24,000 nt of DNA from Prochlorococcus sp. AG-402-G22 (GTDB lineage Bacteria; Cyanobacteriota; Cyanobacteriia; PCC-6307; Cyanobiaceae). Shown piece after piece: positions 1-8,175 of this stretch (the stretch's first letter is position 1; the number at the start of each line of letters is the position of its first letter). A model generated the notes under the pieces. That model had not been told where the DNA came from, did not search any database, and was given only the letters and a program-made list of their open reading frames with translations. Where the stretch lies: contig QCHV01000008.1 in the NCBI GenBank assembly GCA_003217035.1, positions 43,513 through 67,512 of the forward strand, given 5' to 3'. The translations under genes were made by a program, and so were the position numbers.

Positions 1-124
1 ATTTAGGGTGAACCAAGTTTTTCACTATATTACAAACACTTTCAATAATAAAGATAACTAGGGTGTTGAAAACATGAGAACATCATTGCTTTTGTGAGAG
101 AATTGAAAGAATTAATAGAATTTA

Positions 125-1303
125 ATGAATATAAATGATGTCTCCTGGGAAGCAGAGTTGGACTTAAAGCTTGTAGAAAGCTCATTTAACAAAGCAATTG
201 AAAGCAAAAAATTATTTAGATATCAATTTAAGAATGCACCTAGTTTCGTAAATCTTTTCGAGAAGGAAATACGAGATTATGTAGGCACGGATTTTGCTCT
301 AGGAGTATCTTCGGCTACCAGTGCTATTTTTCTGGCTTTAAAAGCTACAGGAGTTACCTCTAGTTCTAAAGTTTTAATTCCTGCATTTACTTTTACTGCA
401 GTGCCTAGTGCTGTGATGCAATGTGGCGCAGAGCCCGTTTTGGTAGACATTACTGAAAATTATGTAATTGATTTTGATGATCTTGAAGCAAAGATTATTT
501 CTTCTGGAGCTAAATACCTCCTCCTCTCTCATATGCGAGGACATGTTTGCAACATGGATAAAGTAATTAGTATTTGCAAACAATATTCAATCTCATTGAT
601 AGAAGATGCAGCTCATGCTCTTGGTGTCAAATGGAAAGACAAACATGCAGGTACATTTGGATTGGCTGGAATTTATTCACTACAATCATACAAAATAATA
701 AACGCTGGAGAAGGTGGTGTTCTAGTCACTGAAGATCCGAACATTTTTTGGAAATCAGTTTTCATGTCTGGATCCTATGAAAATAACTATTTACTTCACT
801 CCTCTGAGCAACTAGATATTGCGAGCCAATATAAGAATAAATTACCTGTATTTAACCTTAGAATGAGTAATATAACCGCTTCTATTGCGACTCCACAGGT
901 TGAATGTATAGAGTCTACAATTAAAAAACTAAATGATAATTACAATCAACTTATAATCTTATTATCGAATAATAAGTCTATATCTTTCGTGCCTGAAAGT
1001 GATAGTATTAGACCCGTAAGAGACTCCATTCAAATTAGGATCTTAATAGATGAAGCTAAGCGATCCAAGCTTCACTCTAAATTAAACAGCTTTAAAATAC
1101 CAATAAGTTATTTTGGAGGTCTTAATAACACCAATGCTCGTTTGTACAAAAATTGGCAATTTATTAATACTAATAAGTATCCTCTTCAAAACACTGTAAG
1201 GAATCTATCTGAAGTATTTGACTTACGTTTGCCTATTCACTTTACACCAGAAATTATTGAAATAATAGCAAAAGAATTGCTGAAAATAATTGATGGCATT
1301 TAA
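125..1303 (+). CDS. DegT/DnrJ/EryC1/StrS-family PLP-dependent (sugar) aminotransferase
   Basis: 392-aa ORF. Contains 'DAAHALG' and 'SLQSYKIINAGEGG' (S-x-x-x-K...GEGG PLP-lysine region), both typical of this family. The antisense ORF 374..583 is a shadow. Confidence 0.8.
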   Translation: MNINDVSWEAELDLKLVESSFNKAIESKKLFRYQFKNAPSFVNLFEKEIRDYVGTDFALGVSSATSAIFLALKATGVTSSSKVLIPAFTFTAVPSAVMQCGAEPVLVDITENYVIDFDDLEAKIISSGAKYLLLSHMRGHVCNMDKVISICKQYSISLIEDAAHALGVKWKDKHAGTFGLAGIYSLQSYKIINAGEGGVLVTEDPNIFWKSVFMSGSYENNYLLHSSEQLDIASQYKNKLPVFNLRMSNITASIATPQVECIESTIKKLNDNYNQLIILLSNNKSISFVPESDSIRPVRDSIQIRILIDEAKRSKLHSKLNSFKIPISYFGGLNNTNARLYKNWQFINTNKYPLQNTVRNLSEVFDLRLPIHFTPEIIEIIAKELLKIIDGI

Positions 1304-1552
1304 TACTAAGTTTTACCAAATTATCTTGTCCTTAACGATAAAATAACATTATATTTTTTAGAGAACTTGACTAAAGAATCATAGTCTAAAGAGTTAATCG
1401 ACTTATTCAATGCTATTGATGGTTGATATTATTTTTAGCTAGATTAAAGTCATTCCAAAGTGAATATGAGTGTTCTGCGACCATTTTCGCTCAGCTTGCT
1501 ATTGCAAATATCCTTAAAACTGTAATTATTAAATTAACAGTTGTCTTTATTT

Positions 1553-1741
1553 ATGGAACAATTAACTAAAAGTTGGAACGAATTGAGTGAAGACAACCAA
1601 CTGCTTATCAAGAAATGTTCCGCAGCGGGCCTTGGACTTTACATCATTCTTTTGGCTGTTCATGACTTGCTACCATATCTGTTGATTGCAGCTAGTGGTC
1701 TTTTCTTGTTTAAATTGACGAGAGAAAAATTAGAAAACTAA
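1553..1741 (+). CDS. small membrane protein, unknown function
   Basis: The ORF-track entry starts at TTG 1541. An in-frame ATG at 1553 gives MEQLTKSW... with one long hydrophobic stretch (AAGLGLYIILLAVHDLLPYLLIAASGLFLF). Confidence 0.4.
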   Translation: MEQLTKSWNELSEDNQLLIKKCSAAGLGLYIILLAVHDLLPYLLIAASGLFLFKLTREKLEN

Positions 1742-1767
1742 GCTTCACAAACAATACTATTGCATCC

Positions 1768-1974
1768 ATGGGATATCAATTGCTTGGACCAACCGAACCT
1801 ATTGGCATACTTATTTTGTTAATAGGGTTTTTTTTTACAGGAATGATTCTATTTATTTTCTACAATGTTAATCAAAATTCCGATTCGATAGCTGATCAAA
1901 AAGCGAAAGAGTTTGCAAAACTAAAGCAAGAGGAAAAAATAGCGAGTCTTTATCCAAAGAAAAAGCGACAATAG
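1768..1974 (+). CDS. small single-TM protein with Lys-rich tail, unknown function
   Basis: 68-aa ORF with a hydrophobic helix (IGILILLIGFFFTGMILFIF) followed by a charged C-terminus. Confidence 0.45.
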   Translation: MGYQLLGPTEPIGILILLIGFFFTGMILFIFYNVNQNSDSIADQKAKEFAKLKQEEKIASLYPKKKRQ

Positions 1975-2070
1975 TACTCCATTACCCTTTGCAACCCTAA
2001 GTATTATGCTCAAGCGTATTGGCAAGCAGAATCTGTTAATAGATTATTTAGTTTGAGTACTAACCTTTAG

Positions 2071-2274
2071 TTAGACTTTTGCGGACGATTTCTTGCCATC
2101 TTTTAAAAACTTTCTATATGTCTTGTCATTCCAGTAGCAGTCTTCGTAAAAGCTGAAAATGGACATCGCAACTCCAGCAAAAAGAAAAGCTCCGATCACA
2201 AGGATGAAGTGAAGAATGTTATCGGAGGGCTTCCAGACTGCTGAGAGTTGGGTCAGAAAGAAAAAATAATTCAT
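2071..2274 (-). CDS. small membrane protein, unknown function
   Basis: 67-aa ORF with ATG start, one TM segment (HFILVIGAFLFAGVAMSIFSF) and a basic tail. Confidence 0.45.
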   Translation of the reverse strand: MNYFFFLTQLSAVWKPSDNILHFILVIGAFLFAGVAMSIFSFYEDCYWNDKTYRKFLKDGKKSSAKV

Positions 2275-2668
2275 ACCTATAGCCTGGCTTCTTCGTAGAG
2301 CAAAAACAAACTGAAAGAAATACTCAAAAAATATTGTCAGAAAGATCTATCGCACCTCTCTAGCCGCTTGAACACTCTGATTTGAGGTCGTTTTATGTTA
2401 CGTGTCTTCTGCGTACTTAGCTCCCTAGGTTTAGTGTTTGCAGCCTCTGCCTCCTTGTTTTTTTGCTGTAGCAGCTTTTGGCCCGTTTTTTCTTGATTGC
2501 CTTTTTAGGTGCTGCTTTCTTGGTAACCATGCCGTTGCGTGTTCGGGGAGAAAGAGGCAAGGCTCAATTCTCAAAATTCATGCTCGTCGGTTAACCTTCT
2601 CTAACTACATCTACCAGGCTTTGGCTACTTACCTGAAGTGGTCGATTGTAGTTAGACGCAGCCTTGAC

Positions 2669-2860
2669 TTATGTAAGATGCATGTTCGATTGCTTGCCAC
2701 CATGCTTTCCTCCGCAGCGTCTTGCCATTGCTATTAATGACTCTTTTTCTAGGTTTACGAAATAGCTACTTAAGAATCGGTATGCATCCAACTTTTCTTT
2801 TGCTGAACAGCCTTTGCATACCTTGTCTGAGATTAGAGTAAGGAGGTCAAAATTATTCAT
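2669..2860 (-). CDS. hypothetical protein, second gene of an ATGA-overlapped pair
   Basis: 63-aa ORF. Its ATG (2860..2858) overlaps the TGA (2859..2857) of the upstream ORF, read directly from 'tcat' at 2857-2860. Confidence 0.45.
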   Translation of the reverse strand: MNNFDLLTLISDKVCKGCSAKEKLDAYRFLSSYFVNLEKESLIAMARRCGGKHGGKQSNMHLT

Positions 2861-3102
2861 ACAGGATCTCCGAATTGATGGTTGATCTGCTCCCAGTCAT
2901 GCCCTACAAGTTCATTCCAGGTCTCATTGGCTAAATTGAGAGGAACCCTTGTCCGTTCAATAAATTCGCTTGGAGTACCTGAAGAAGACGCAACCCATTT
3001 GTCCATGTAGAAGTACGGAACCCTTTGGTCTGACAGAGAATCTTTGTGGAAAAGGATCAAGCGTTTCTCTTTAGGATTTACCAACCATCCCTCTGGTGTC
3101 AT
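2857..3102 (-). CDS. hypothetical protein (picocyanobacterial-type small soluble protein)
   Basis: 81-aa ORF with ATG start. A perfect TTGACA lies upstream. The composition is protein-like (MTPEGWLVNPKEKRLILF...). Confidence 0.55.
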   Translation of the reverse strand: MTPEGWLVNPKEKRLILFHKDSLSDQRVPYFYMDKWVASSSGTPSEFIERTRVPLNLANETWNELVGHDWEQINHQFGDPV

Positions 3103-3122
3103 AAAAAAATATCAGTACATAT

Positions 3123-3152
3123 GTATTAGCGGTAATGGTTGAGGTTTGTCAA
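3123..3152 (-). promoter_or_regulatory. putative sigma70-type promoter for the 3102..2669 gene pair
   Basis: On the minus strand, TTGACA (3152..3147) is followed by an 18-nt spacer and TAATAC (3128..3123), about 20 nt before the ATG at 3102. Confidence 0.35.
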
Positions 3153-3268
3153 TGCCCATAGCTGTCGATCACGATCTACTTATCTATTCGATGCAAAGCT
3201 TTGACGTGTAGTCTATTTCTTCTTACCAGCTTAGCTTCAAGTGAGTTGATGACTTGGATTTGTAAGAG

Positions 3269-3895
3269 CTAAAAGCGTGTATATATCACTGTTAAGTTGT
3301 TGGCTGGCATTTTAATTACTTCTTCAAACTTAAATCTATGAGTTTTAGCAATTTCATTTACATCTTCTATGTTTCGTACTCCCCAGGATTGATTGCTATC
3401 TCTTAGAGACTTATCGAATACTTCATTGCTTTTAGCTGTGTGCACACCACTTATTTTGAATGGTCCATAAAGAATTAACTGAAAGCCTTTGCTTAGATAT
3501 TTTTCGCCTCCAGTAAACAATGCTTTTGTGCAATTCCAGTGAGATATGTGGAGCATGTTTATGCATACTATTCCACAAAGTTGAGAACTTTCCTTTTCAG
3601 GTAGAGGCCACTTTTTTTGTTCTACATCTAAGTCAAGAGGGGGAGGCATCTTTTTTTCTAAACCTTCGTAGTCAATCCAGGCAGCAATACTTTTTCGGTA
3701 TGCGCTATTAGGGTCACTTGCTTGCCAGATTATTCCAGGTAAGAGTTTCTGGAAAGCAACACCATGTTCTCCACTACCACTTGCAATTTCAAGTAAGCAA
3801 CCTTGTTCAGGAAGGTATTCCTTTAGAACTTCTCCAATCGCATTGCGATTTCGTTTTGTTGCCGGAAAAAACAAACGTTTGTCAGGTGTCTTCAT
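3269..3895 (-). CDS. DUF938-family class I SAM-dependent methyltransferase
   Basis: 208 aa. 'PATKRNRNAIGEVLKEYLP', 'LLEIASGSGEHG' (SAM motif I), 'LYGPF' and C-terminal 'MPANNL' match the DUF938 pattern as I remember it. Antisense ORFs 3520..3711 and 3718..3915 are shadows. Confidence 0.75.
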   Translation of the reverse strand: MKTPDKRLFFPATKRNRNAIGEVLKEYLPEQGCLLEIASGSGEHGVAFQKLLPGIIWQASDPNSAYRKSIAAWIDYEGLEKKMPPPLDLDVEQKKWPLPEKESSQLCGIVCINMLHISHWNCTKALFTGGEKYLSKGFQLILYGPFKISGVHTAKSNEVFDKSLRDSNQSWGVRNIEDVNEIAKTHRFKFEEVIKMPANNLTVIYTRF

Positions 3896-3975
3896 TGAAT
3901 TTATATTTTCCGTAAAATTGATCTCAGCAGTTCTATTGGCTATTTTGGCATTTACCGAATTTATTTTATTGTCCC

Positions 3976-4161
3976 CTAGTCAGGAAAACATTTGTTAGTG
4001 GGTTGTAATGACTTAAACCCAGAGGTTTCACTAAAGAAAAGTCCTGTACTTGCATATAGTTGGCAATTTGCATGAACTTGTTTCAATGGCTGACTAAAAA
4101 AGGATATAGGTGTGGCTAAAGACAATATCAGAATAAAAATTTTTGGTCGCATGTCTCGCAC
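3976..4161 (-). CDS. small secreted or membrane-anchored protein, unknown function
   Basis: The ORF-track start is a GTG at 4161, which is the last G of a G9 run. An in-frame ATG at 4152 gives MRPKIFILILSLATPISFFS..., a signal-peptide-like N-terminus. Confidence 0.4.
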   Translation of the reverse strand: MRDMRPKIFILILSLATPISFFSQPLKQVHANCQLYASTGLFFSETSGFKSLQPTNKCFPD

Positions 4162-4169
4162 CCCCCCCC
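4161..4169. repeat. C9/G9 homopolymer tract
   Basis: Nine consecutive C on the + strand, counted directly. It sits between the stop of 4190..4531 and the start of 3976..4161. Confidence 0.9.
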
Positions 4170-4189
4170 ATGTGTAAGTTGTTTTTTTA

Positions 4190-4531
4190 TTAATTGGCTG
4201 GTATGAATTTTGGCGGGATTAAGTTGCGAATTTGATGGGCAACTCTTTTGCAGGAAGTATCTTTTTTTAGATGAGGCTCATCACTCCTAATCTCAATTGA
4301 ACATTGCCTAAGAGCTTTATCTTTCCAGGAAATTAAAACCTTTACCTTTGAGTCTGGCTTACCAAGTCTTAGATCTTTTTCAGCAAAAACTTGAGAGTGA
4401 TTACTGAATTCATTAAGAACTTGTAGGCCTGCTTCTTCAAGTAAGCTTTTGAAGCTGCCTGTTAGGCAATCATTTTCGACTTCACTTAGGTAGTGGAAAT
4501 AAGCCATTAAAATTTTATTGGACTTTGCCAA
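4190..4531 (-). CDS. hypothetical protein
   Basis: 113-aa ORF from TTG 4531. An in-frame ATG at 4507 (MAYFHYLSEVEN...) is the more likely start. No family recognised. Confidence 0.5.
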   Translation of the reverse strand: MAKSNKILMAYFHYLSEVENDCLTGSFKSLLEEAGLQVLNEFSNHSQVFAEKDLRLGKPDSKVKVLISWKDKALRQCSIEIRSDEPHLKKDTSCKRVAHQIRNLIPPKFIPAN

Positions 4532-4761
4532 TTAGTTATGATTAATGCATTTATACCCATTTAAGGGTATTCCCCTGCATTACTTATAGTTAGTTTGCTG
4601 GCTCTTTGCCGGTTTCTTAACGCCTTCTAAAGAAATAATGAAAAAAAGTGATTTTTGATATGTATAAATGTTCTTATGAAATGTTTTGGAGTTTATGGAC
4701 TTTGCCTGAAGATCGTTTCACGCCCTTAGCTTAGGTATTCTATTTGAGTTTTAAACTTAGA

Positions 4762-5427
4762 TTACCAAGGAAGGATTTCTCCATTTGAATGCCAGAAAGA
4801 ACCTGAATTTTCAATAGTAAGTGAATCTATTCTAGAAAGAAGACCAGTAACAGATTCTTTGGTTGATATCCCACTTTTTGTAAAAGATGTCATTTGAGTG
4901 CTAACTAAACCAGGATGCAAAATTGCTATAGAAATCCCATGACTTCTTAAATCAAGTGATAAAGACTTGCCAGCCATGCAAAGGGCGACTTTTGACATTC
5001 TGTATCCATATGATCCTCCTGAAGTGTTGTCATCAATCGATCCCATTCTGCTAGTCATAAGAACCACTTTTGAGCCAGCACGAAGATTATTTAGAAATGC
5101 ATGAACAAAACATAAAGGACTCAAGGCATTGACTTGAAATTGGCGCAAAACACTTTCCGGATCCAAGTTAGATAAGGAGTTGAATTCGGCAATTCCTGCA
5201 TTTTGAATTAAGACGTCTATTTTTAGCCCATTTAACTTTTCTCTAAGACTTATAACTGATTCACCAGATGTCACGTCCACGCCTGGCTCTACTCTGACAT
5301 CAAGCTTGTCTAATTCAGGCGAAGAAGATCTACATGTAGCTATAACATCATGTCCTTTAGCTTTCAATTGCCTACAATATTCAAGCCCTATTCCACGATT
5401 GGAACCAGTAATTAGATAAGTTGCCAA
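4762..5427 (-). CDS. short-chain dehydrogenase/reductase (SDR)
   Basis: 'ITGSNRGIG' (TGxxxGxG NAD(P) motif), 'NAG' and 'YRMSKVAL' (YxxxK catalytic motif). The TTG start comes directly after an in-frame stop, and the N-terminus is full length for an SDR. Confidence 0.85.
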   Translation of the reverse strand: MATYLITGSNRGIGLEYCRQLKAKGHDVIATCRSSSPELDKLDVRVEPGVDVTSGESVISLREKLNGLKIDVLIQNAGIAEFNSLSNLDPESVLRQFQVNALSPLCFVHAFLNNLRAGSKVVLMTSRMGSIDDNTSGGSYGYRMSKVALCMAGKSLSLDLRSHGISIAILHPGLVSTQMTSFTKSGISTKESVTGLLSRIDSLTIENSGSFWHSNGEILPW

Positions 5428-5499
5428 TTATTTATTAGTAACTTGCTAAATTATATGCCTACAACAACGAATCCAGAATTAGTTCGCTGAGCTTTGATA

Positions 5500-5673
5500 A
5501 TGAAATTTACTATTATTAGACATGACGGCATACATGACACAATAACCAACCAAGAGTTTGATCATTATGATGATGCGTACGATTTATTAGAAGAGATCTA
5601 TGCAGACTTATGCTGCTCAGATGCAGATTATGAGGACCGCCCATATTATGAAATAGTTGAGATACAAGATTAA
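5500..5673 (+). CDS. small acidic protein, unknown function (below ORF-track cutoff)
   Basis: Hand translation gives MKFTIIRHDGIHDTITNQEFDHYDDAYDLLEEIYADLCCSDADYEDRPYYEIVEIQD* (57 aa), with ATG start and TAA stop. Confidence 0.4.
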   Translation: MKFTIIRHDGIHDTITNQEFDHYDDAYDLLEEIYADLCCSDADYEDRPYYEIVEIQD

Positions 5674-5736
5674 TACCACCTGTGAATTTATATTTATAAG
5701 GATTTGACTAGGATTTCTAGCAACAGCTAATTTTTA

Positions 5737-6618
5737 ATGTCTGAAAACTCATTTGGGTTTGTTGGTTTGGGAGCCTTGGGTTTACCTATAGCTGCAAATT
5801 TGCTTAGGGCAGGCCACTCTCTTAAAGTTTATGCAAGAAAATTTGAACAGTCGAAATTTAACAAATTAAAAGCAGCCAAGTTTTGCAAAAGTGCTGAGGA
5901 GGCTGCGATAGACAGTAATGTTTTTTTTATTTGTGTCAGTGACGACAAAGCAGTTGAAGAAGTTCTTTTTAGCTCAGAGGGAGCATATAAGAGTCTTGAG
6001 AAAGGCTCCATTGTCATAGACTTATCAACTATTAGTCCATCCAAGGCTAGAAGCATTTCCAAAAGACTTGCTGAAAAAAACATCGAATATTGCGATGCTC
6101 CTGTTTCAGGAGGGACTGAGGGTGCAGAAGAAGGAACATTGACAATGTTTTTAGGGTGTAATATTCAAACAATTGAGAGAGTGCGAAAAGTTATTAAATC
6201 AATAGCAAGCAATATTTATTGTTTTGGGAAGGTTGGTAAAGGACAAGAGGTTAAAGCAATCAACCAAATACTTGTAGCAGGAAGTTATATGGCAGTAGCA
6301 GAAGCAATCTCTTTAGGAGAAGCCTTGGAATTACCAATGGATATTGTTATAGAAGCACTTCAGAAAGGAGCTGCTAGCTCATGGGCTTTAACACATAGAT
6401 CTAAAGCCATGCTTGAAGACAATTATCCATTAGGTTTTAAATTAGCTCTTCATCATAAAGATTTATCCATTGCACTTAATACAGCTGAAGAAACTGGCCT
6501 TACTCTTCCAATTACAAAAAAGGTTAGAGAGATTGAGAAAAGCCTTATTCGCAAGGGATATGGAGATCATGATGTATCTGTAATTAAACGCTTCCTTTTG
6601 GAACGATGTAATGACTAG
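5737..6618 (+). CDS. NAD(P)-dependent 3-hydroxyisobutyrate / 6-phosphogluconate dehydrogenase-like oxidoreductase
   Basis: N-terminal 'GFVGLGALGLPIAANL' Rossmann GxGxxG motif, 'DAPVSGG' and a C-terminal helical domain typical of the HIBADH family. Antisense ORF 5829..6083 is a shadow. Confidence 0.85.
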   Translation: MSENSFGFVGLGALGLPIAANLLRAGHSLKVYARKFEQSKFNKLKAAKFCKSAEEAAIDSNVFFICVSDDKAVEEVLFSSEGAYKSLEKGSIVIDLSTISPSKARSISKRLAEKNIEYCDAPVSGGTEGAEEGTLTMFLGCNIQTIERVRKVIKSIASNIYCFGKVGKGQEVKAINQILVAGSYMAVAEAISLGEALELPMDIVIEALQKGAASSWALTHRSKAMLEDNYPLGFKLALHHKDLSIALNTAEETGLTLPITKKVREIEKSLIRKGYGDHDVSVIKRFLLERCND

Positions 6619-6735
6619 AATCTATTTTACATTAGACAAATTAACCTTTTGGTATTTATCATCGAAACATAATTAATGTTAGCTTACTCTTTAAATATTC
6701 TTTGATAATTACAATAGTATTTATAACCAAGCCCT

Positions 6736-7140
6736 ATGACAAGAATTAATTTAATAACTCCTCTAGAGTTGTCTGATCAACATTTAATTGCAGAGTATAG
6801 AGAGATTTTTATGGTTGGATCTGCTTTACAAAGGTCAATGAGATCTACTAATTGGAATAACATAAAGAATAGTATCCCTAAAGAATTCACCCTGAATAAG
6901 GGTCATGTAAAGTTCTTTTATAACAAAGGAAAGTATTTGCACAAAAGATACTTAGAAATAGTATCGGAAATGAAGAGAAGAGGAATGAGTCCTAATCCTC
7001 AAAGAAAATTTAAAAAAGAACAATGGCCTGAATATATGTATAATGATTGGCAGCCTAACAATAGAGATATTCAAATTATAAAAGAAAGAATACGTCAGAA
7101 AATATTAAAAAAACCTCATTGGTATAGGTGGTCAAATTAA
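6736..7140 (+). CDS. pyrimidine dimer DNA glycosylase (T4 endonuclease V family)
   Basis: The N-terminus MTRINLITPLELSDQHLIAEYREI aligns without gaps to T4 EndoV [24 protein letters not shown]. 'GHVKFFY' and 'HWYRW' correspond to GHVTFFY and TWYKY. Confidence 0.9.
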   Translation: MTRINLITPLELSDQHLIAEYREIFMVGSALQRSMRSTNWNNIKNSIPKEFTLNKGHVKFFYNKGKYLHKRYLEIVSEMKRRGMSPNPQRKFKKEQWPEYMYNDWQPNNRDIQIIKERIRQKILKKPHWYRWSN

Positions 7141-7244
7141 GATCATTCAGTGTCAATTGAACTTACTTTTAGCGCTTAGATTCAACTTAGGGAATAAATG
7201 TCAAGGTAATATATGTTTGCAGTGCCCTCAAGCTTGAAATTTAT

Positions 7245-7787
7245 ATGTATATAAAGAGCCAAAGAGGTTGCAAACTTTTCATAGGAAACTACCCCTCCTT
7301 TAATTATGATGCTAGTGGCGGTGGAGGACACGCCTCTTGCTTTACGTCTCAAAATAGTAGCCTTGTTAGAGTTCATTTTGACCCTGATAAATTTTCTATC
7401 CCTCCTTTGTCATGGCGCACTGCACGATTCCTAGGACTCCCTTTGTTACCCTGCTTGATTATTCGGATGCGCATGGAGAAATTAGGTGGATATATAAATA
7501 AAGTAAATGGAGAAGTTTCACTTGATTTTGTCGCAAAGTTCTTTTTTAAAATATGGCCAATATATTCTTTCCCAGCTTTGATTGTTTCAACGAACTTGAT
7601 TACAGGGAAACTGGCTACTGATATAAATAACCTACAAGGCATGCCTATTAATAAGAAAGGTAGGTCGAAATTGGTAGGCTCTGCTCTTATCCAACCAACT
7701 TCAAATAAATTACTTAACGCGTTTCTTGGATTACCTAATAAAGCTATTGCTGTCCTGGAATGTGAATTCAAGGACATTGATTTTTGA
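7245..7787 (+). CDS. hypothetical protein
   Basis: 180-aa ORF. A 134-aa antisense ORF (7373..7777) covers the same DNA. The + frame reads as more protein-like (FIGNYPSFNYDASGGGG..., ...AVLECEFKDIDF). The strand choice is tentative. Confidence 0.5.
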   Translation: MYIKSQRGCKLFIGNYPSFNYDASGGGGHASCFTSQNSSLVRVHFDPDKFSIPPLSWRTARFLGLPLLPCLIIRMRMEKLGGYINKVNGEVSLDFVAKFFFKIWPIYSFPALIVSTNLITGKLATDINNLQGMPINKKGRSKLVGSALIQPTSNKLLNAFLGLPNKAIAVLECEFKDIDF

Positions 7788-7789
7788 GA

Positions 7790-8035
7790 TTATGAATAAA
7801 AGAGAATCACCATGCCTTTTTTTGAGTAATGAGACTCTCTTTCTTCTCTACTAAGGTCTAAACCAACTTCAAGTCCTTCCTTTAAGGCATCTTCATATGA
7901 TGTCGTTGAGAAACTTGTTTCGTGGTTTTTGCATAAGGCTGCTATTCCAATTGGAGTTACATGCCACAGGAATTTTGTGGTTTGGCCTATAGCAGGCTCT
8001 TTAAGAGAATCTTCTAATAATTCTTGATTGGACAT
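7790..8035 (-). CDS. hypothetical protein
   Basis: 81-aa ORF with ATG start, convergent with 7245..7787. No family recognised. Confidence 0.45.
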   Translation of the reverse strand: MSNQELLEDSLKEPAIGQTTKFLWHVTPIGIAALCKNHETSFSTTSYEDALKEGLEVGLDLSREERESHYSKKGMVILFYS

Positions 8036-8175
8036 CTAATTGAAAAATTCTTTTTAATAGCTTCGCAAGGATTTGATAAAAGTGAGACTATTACTTTGCT
8101 TTCAGAACAATTGAACTAATACACTTATGAAATAAAGCTCATTGTCAAAAACAATCAAAGAAAACCATAAAGGAT

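Noticed and set aside
374-583. Antisense or alternate-frame track ORFs inside confident genes: 374..583, 3520..3711, 3718..3915, 5829..6083, 11643..11849, 11720..11920, 12585..12893, 15016..15354
   Set aside because: Each lies wholly within a gene that has clear family motifs, either on the opposite strand or in another frame. Their compositions are low-complexity or Ser/Leu/Cys-rich, typical of shadow ORFs.
2685-2702. tRNA/tmRNA-like 3' end 'ttcgattgcttgccacca' (T-loop-like TTCGATT followed by ...CCACCA)
   Set aside because: - No 5-bp T-stem flanks the loop: the left flank is 'gcatg' and the right flank is 'gcttg'.
- The only candidate 5' acceptor strand (ggcaagg at 2557) is 147 nt away, has a mismatch and lacks the G3:U70 pair required for tmRNA.
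- No tag-peptide reading frame was found.
2438-2737. 99-aa + strand ORF from the track
   Set aside because: It has a TTG start and an implausible Cys/Phe/Arg-rich translation. It exists only because the locally higher GC depletes stop codons.
7182-7376. 64-aa minus-strand ORF
   Set aside because: It overlaps the 5' end of the preferred + strand ORF 7245..7787, has no recognisable features and is probably spurious.
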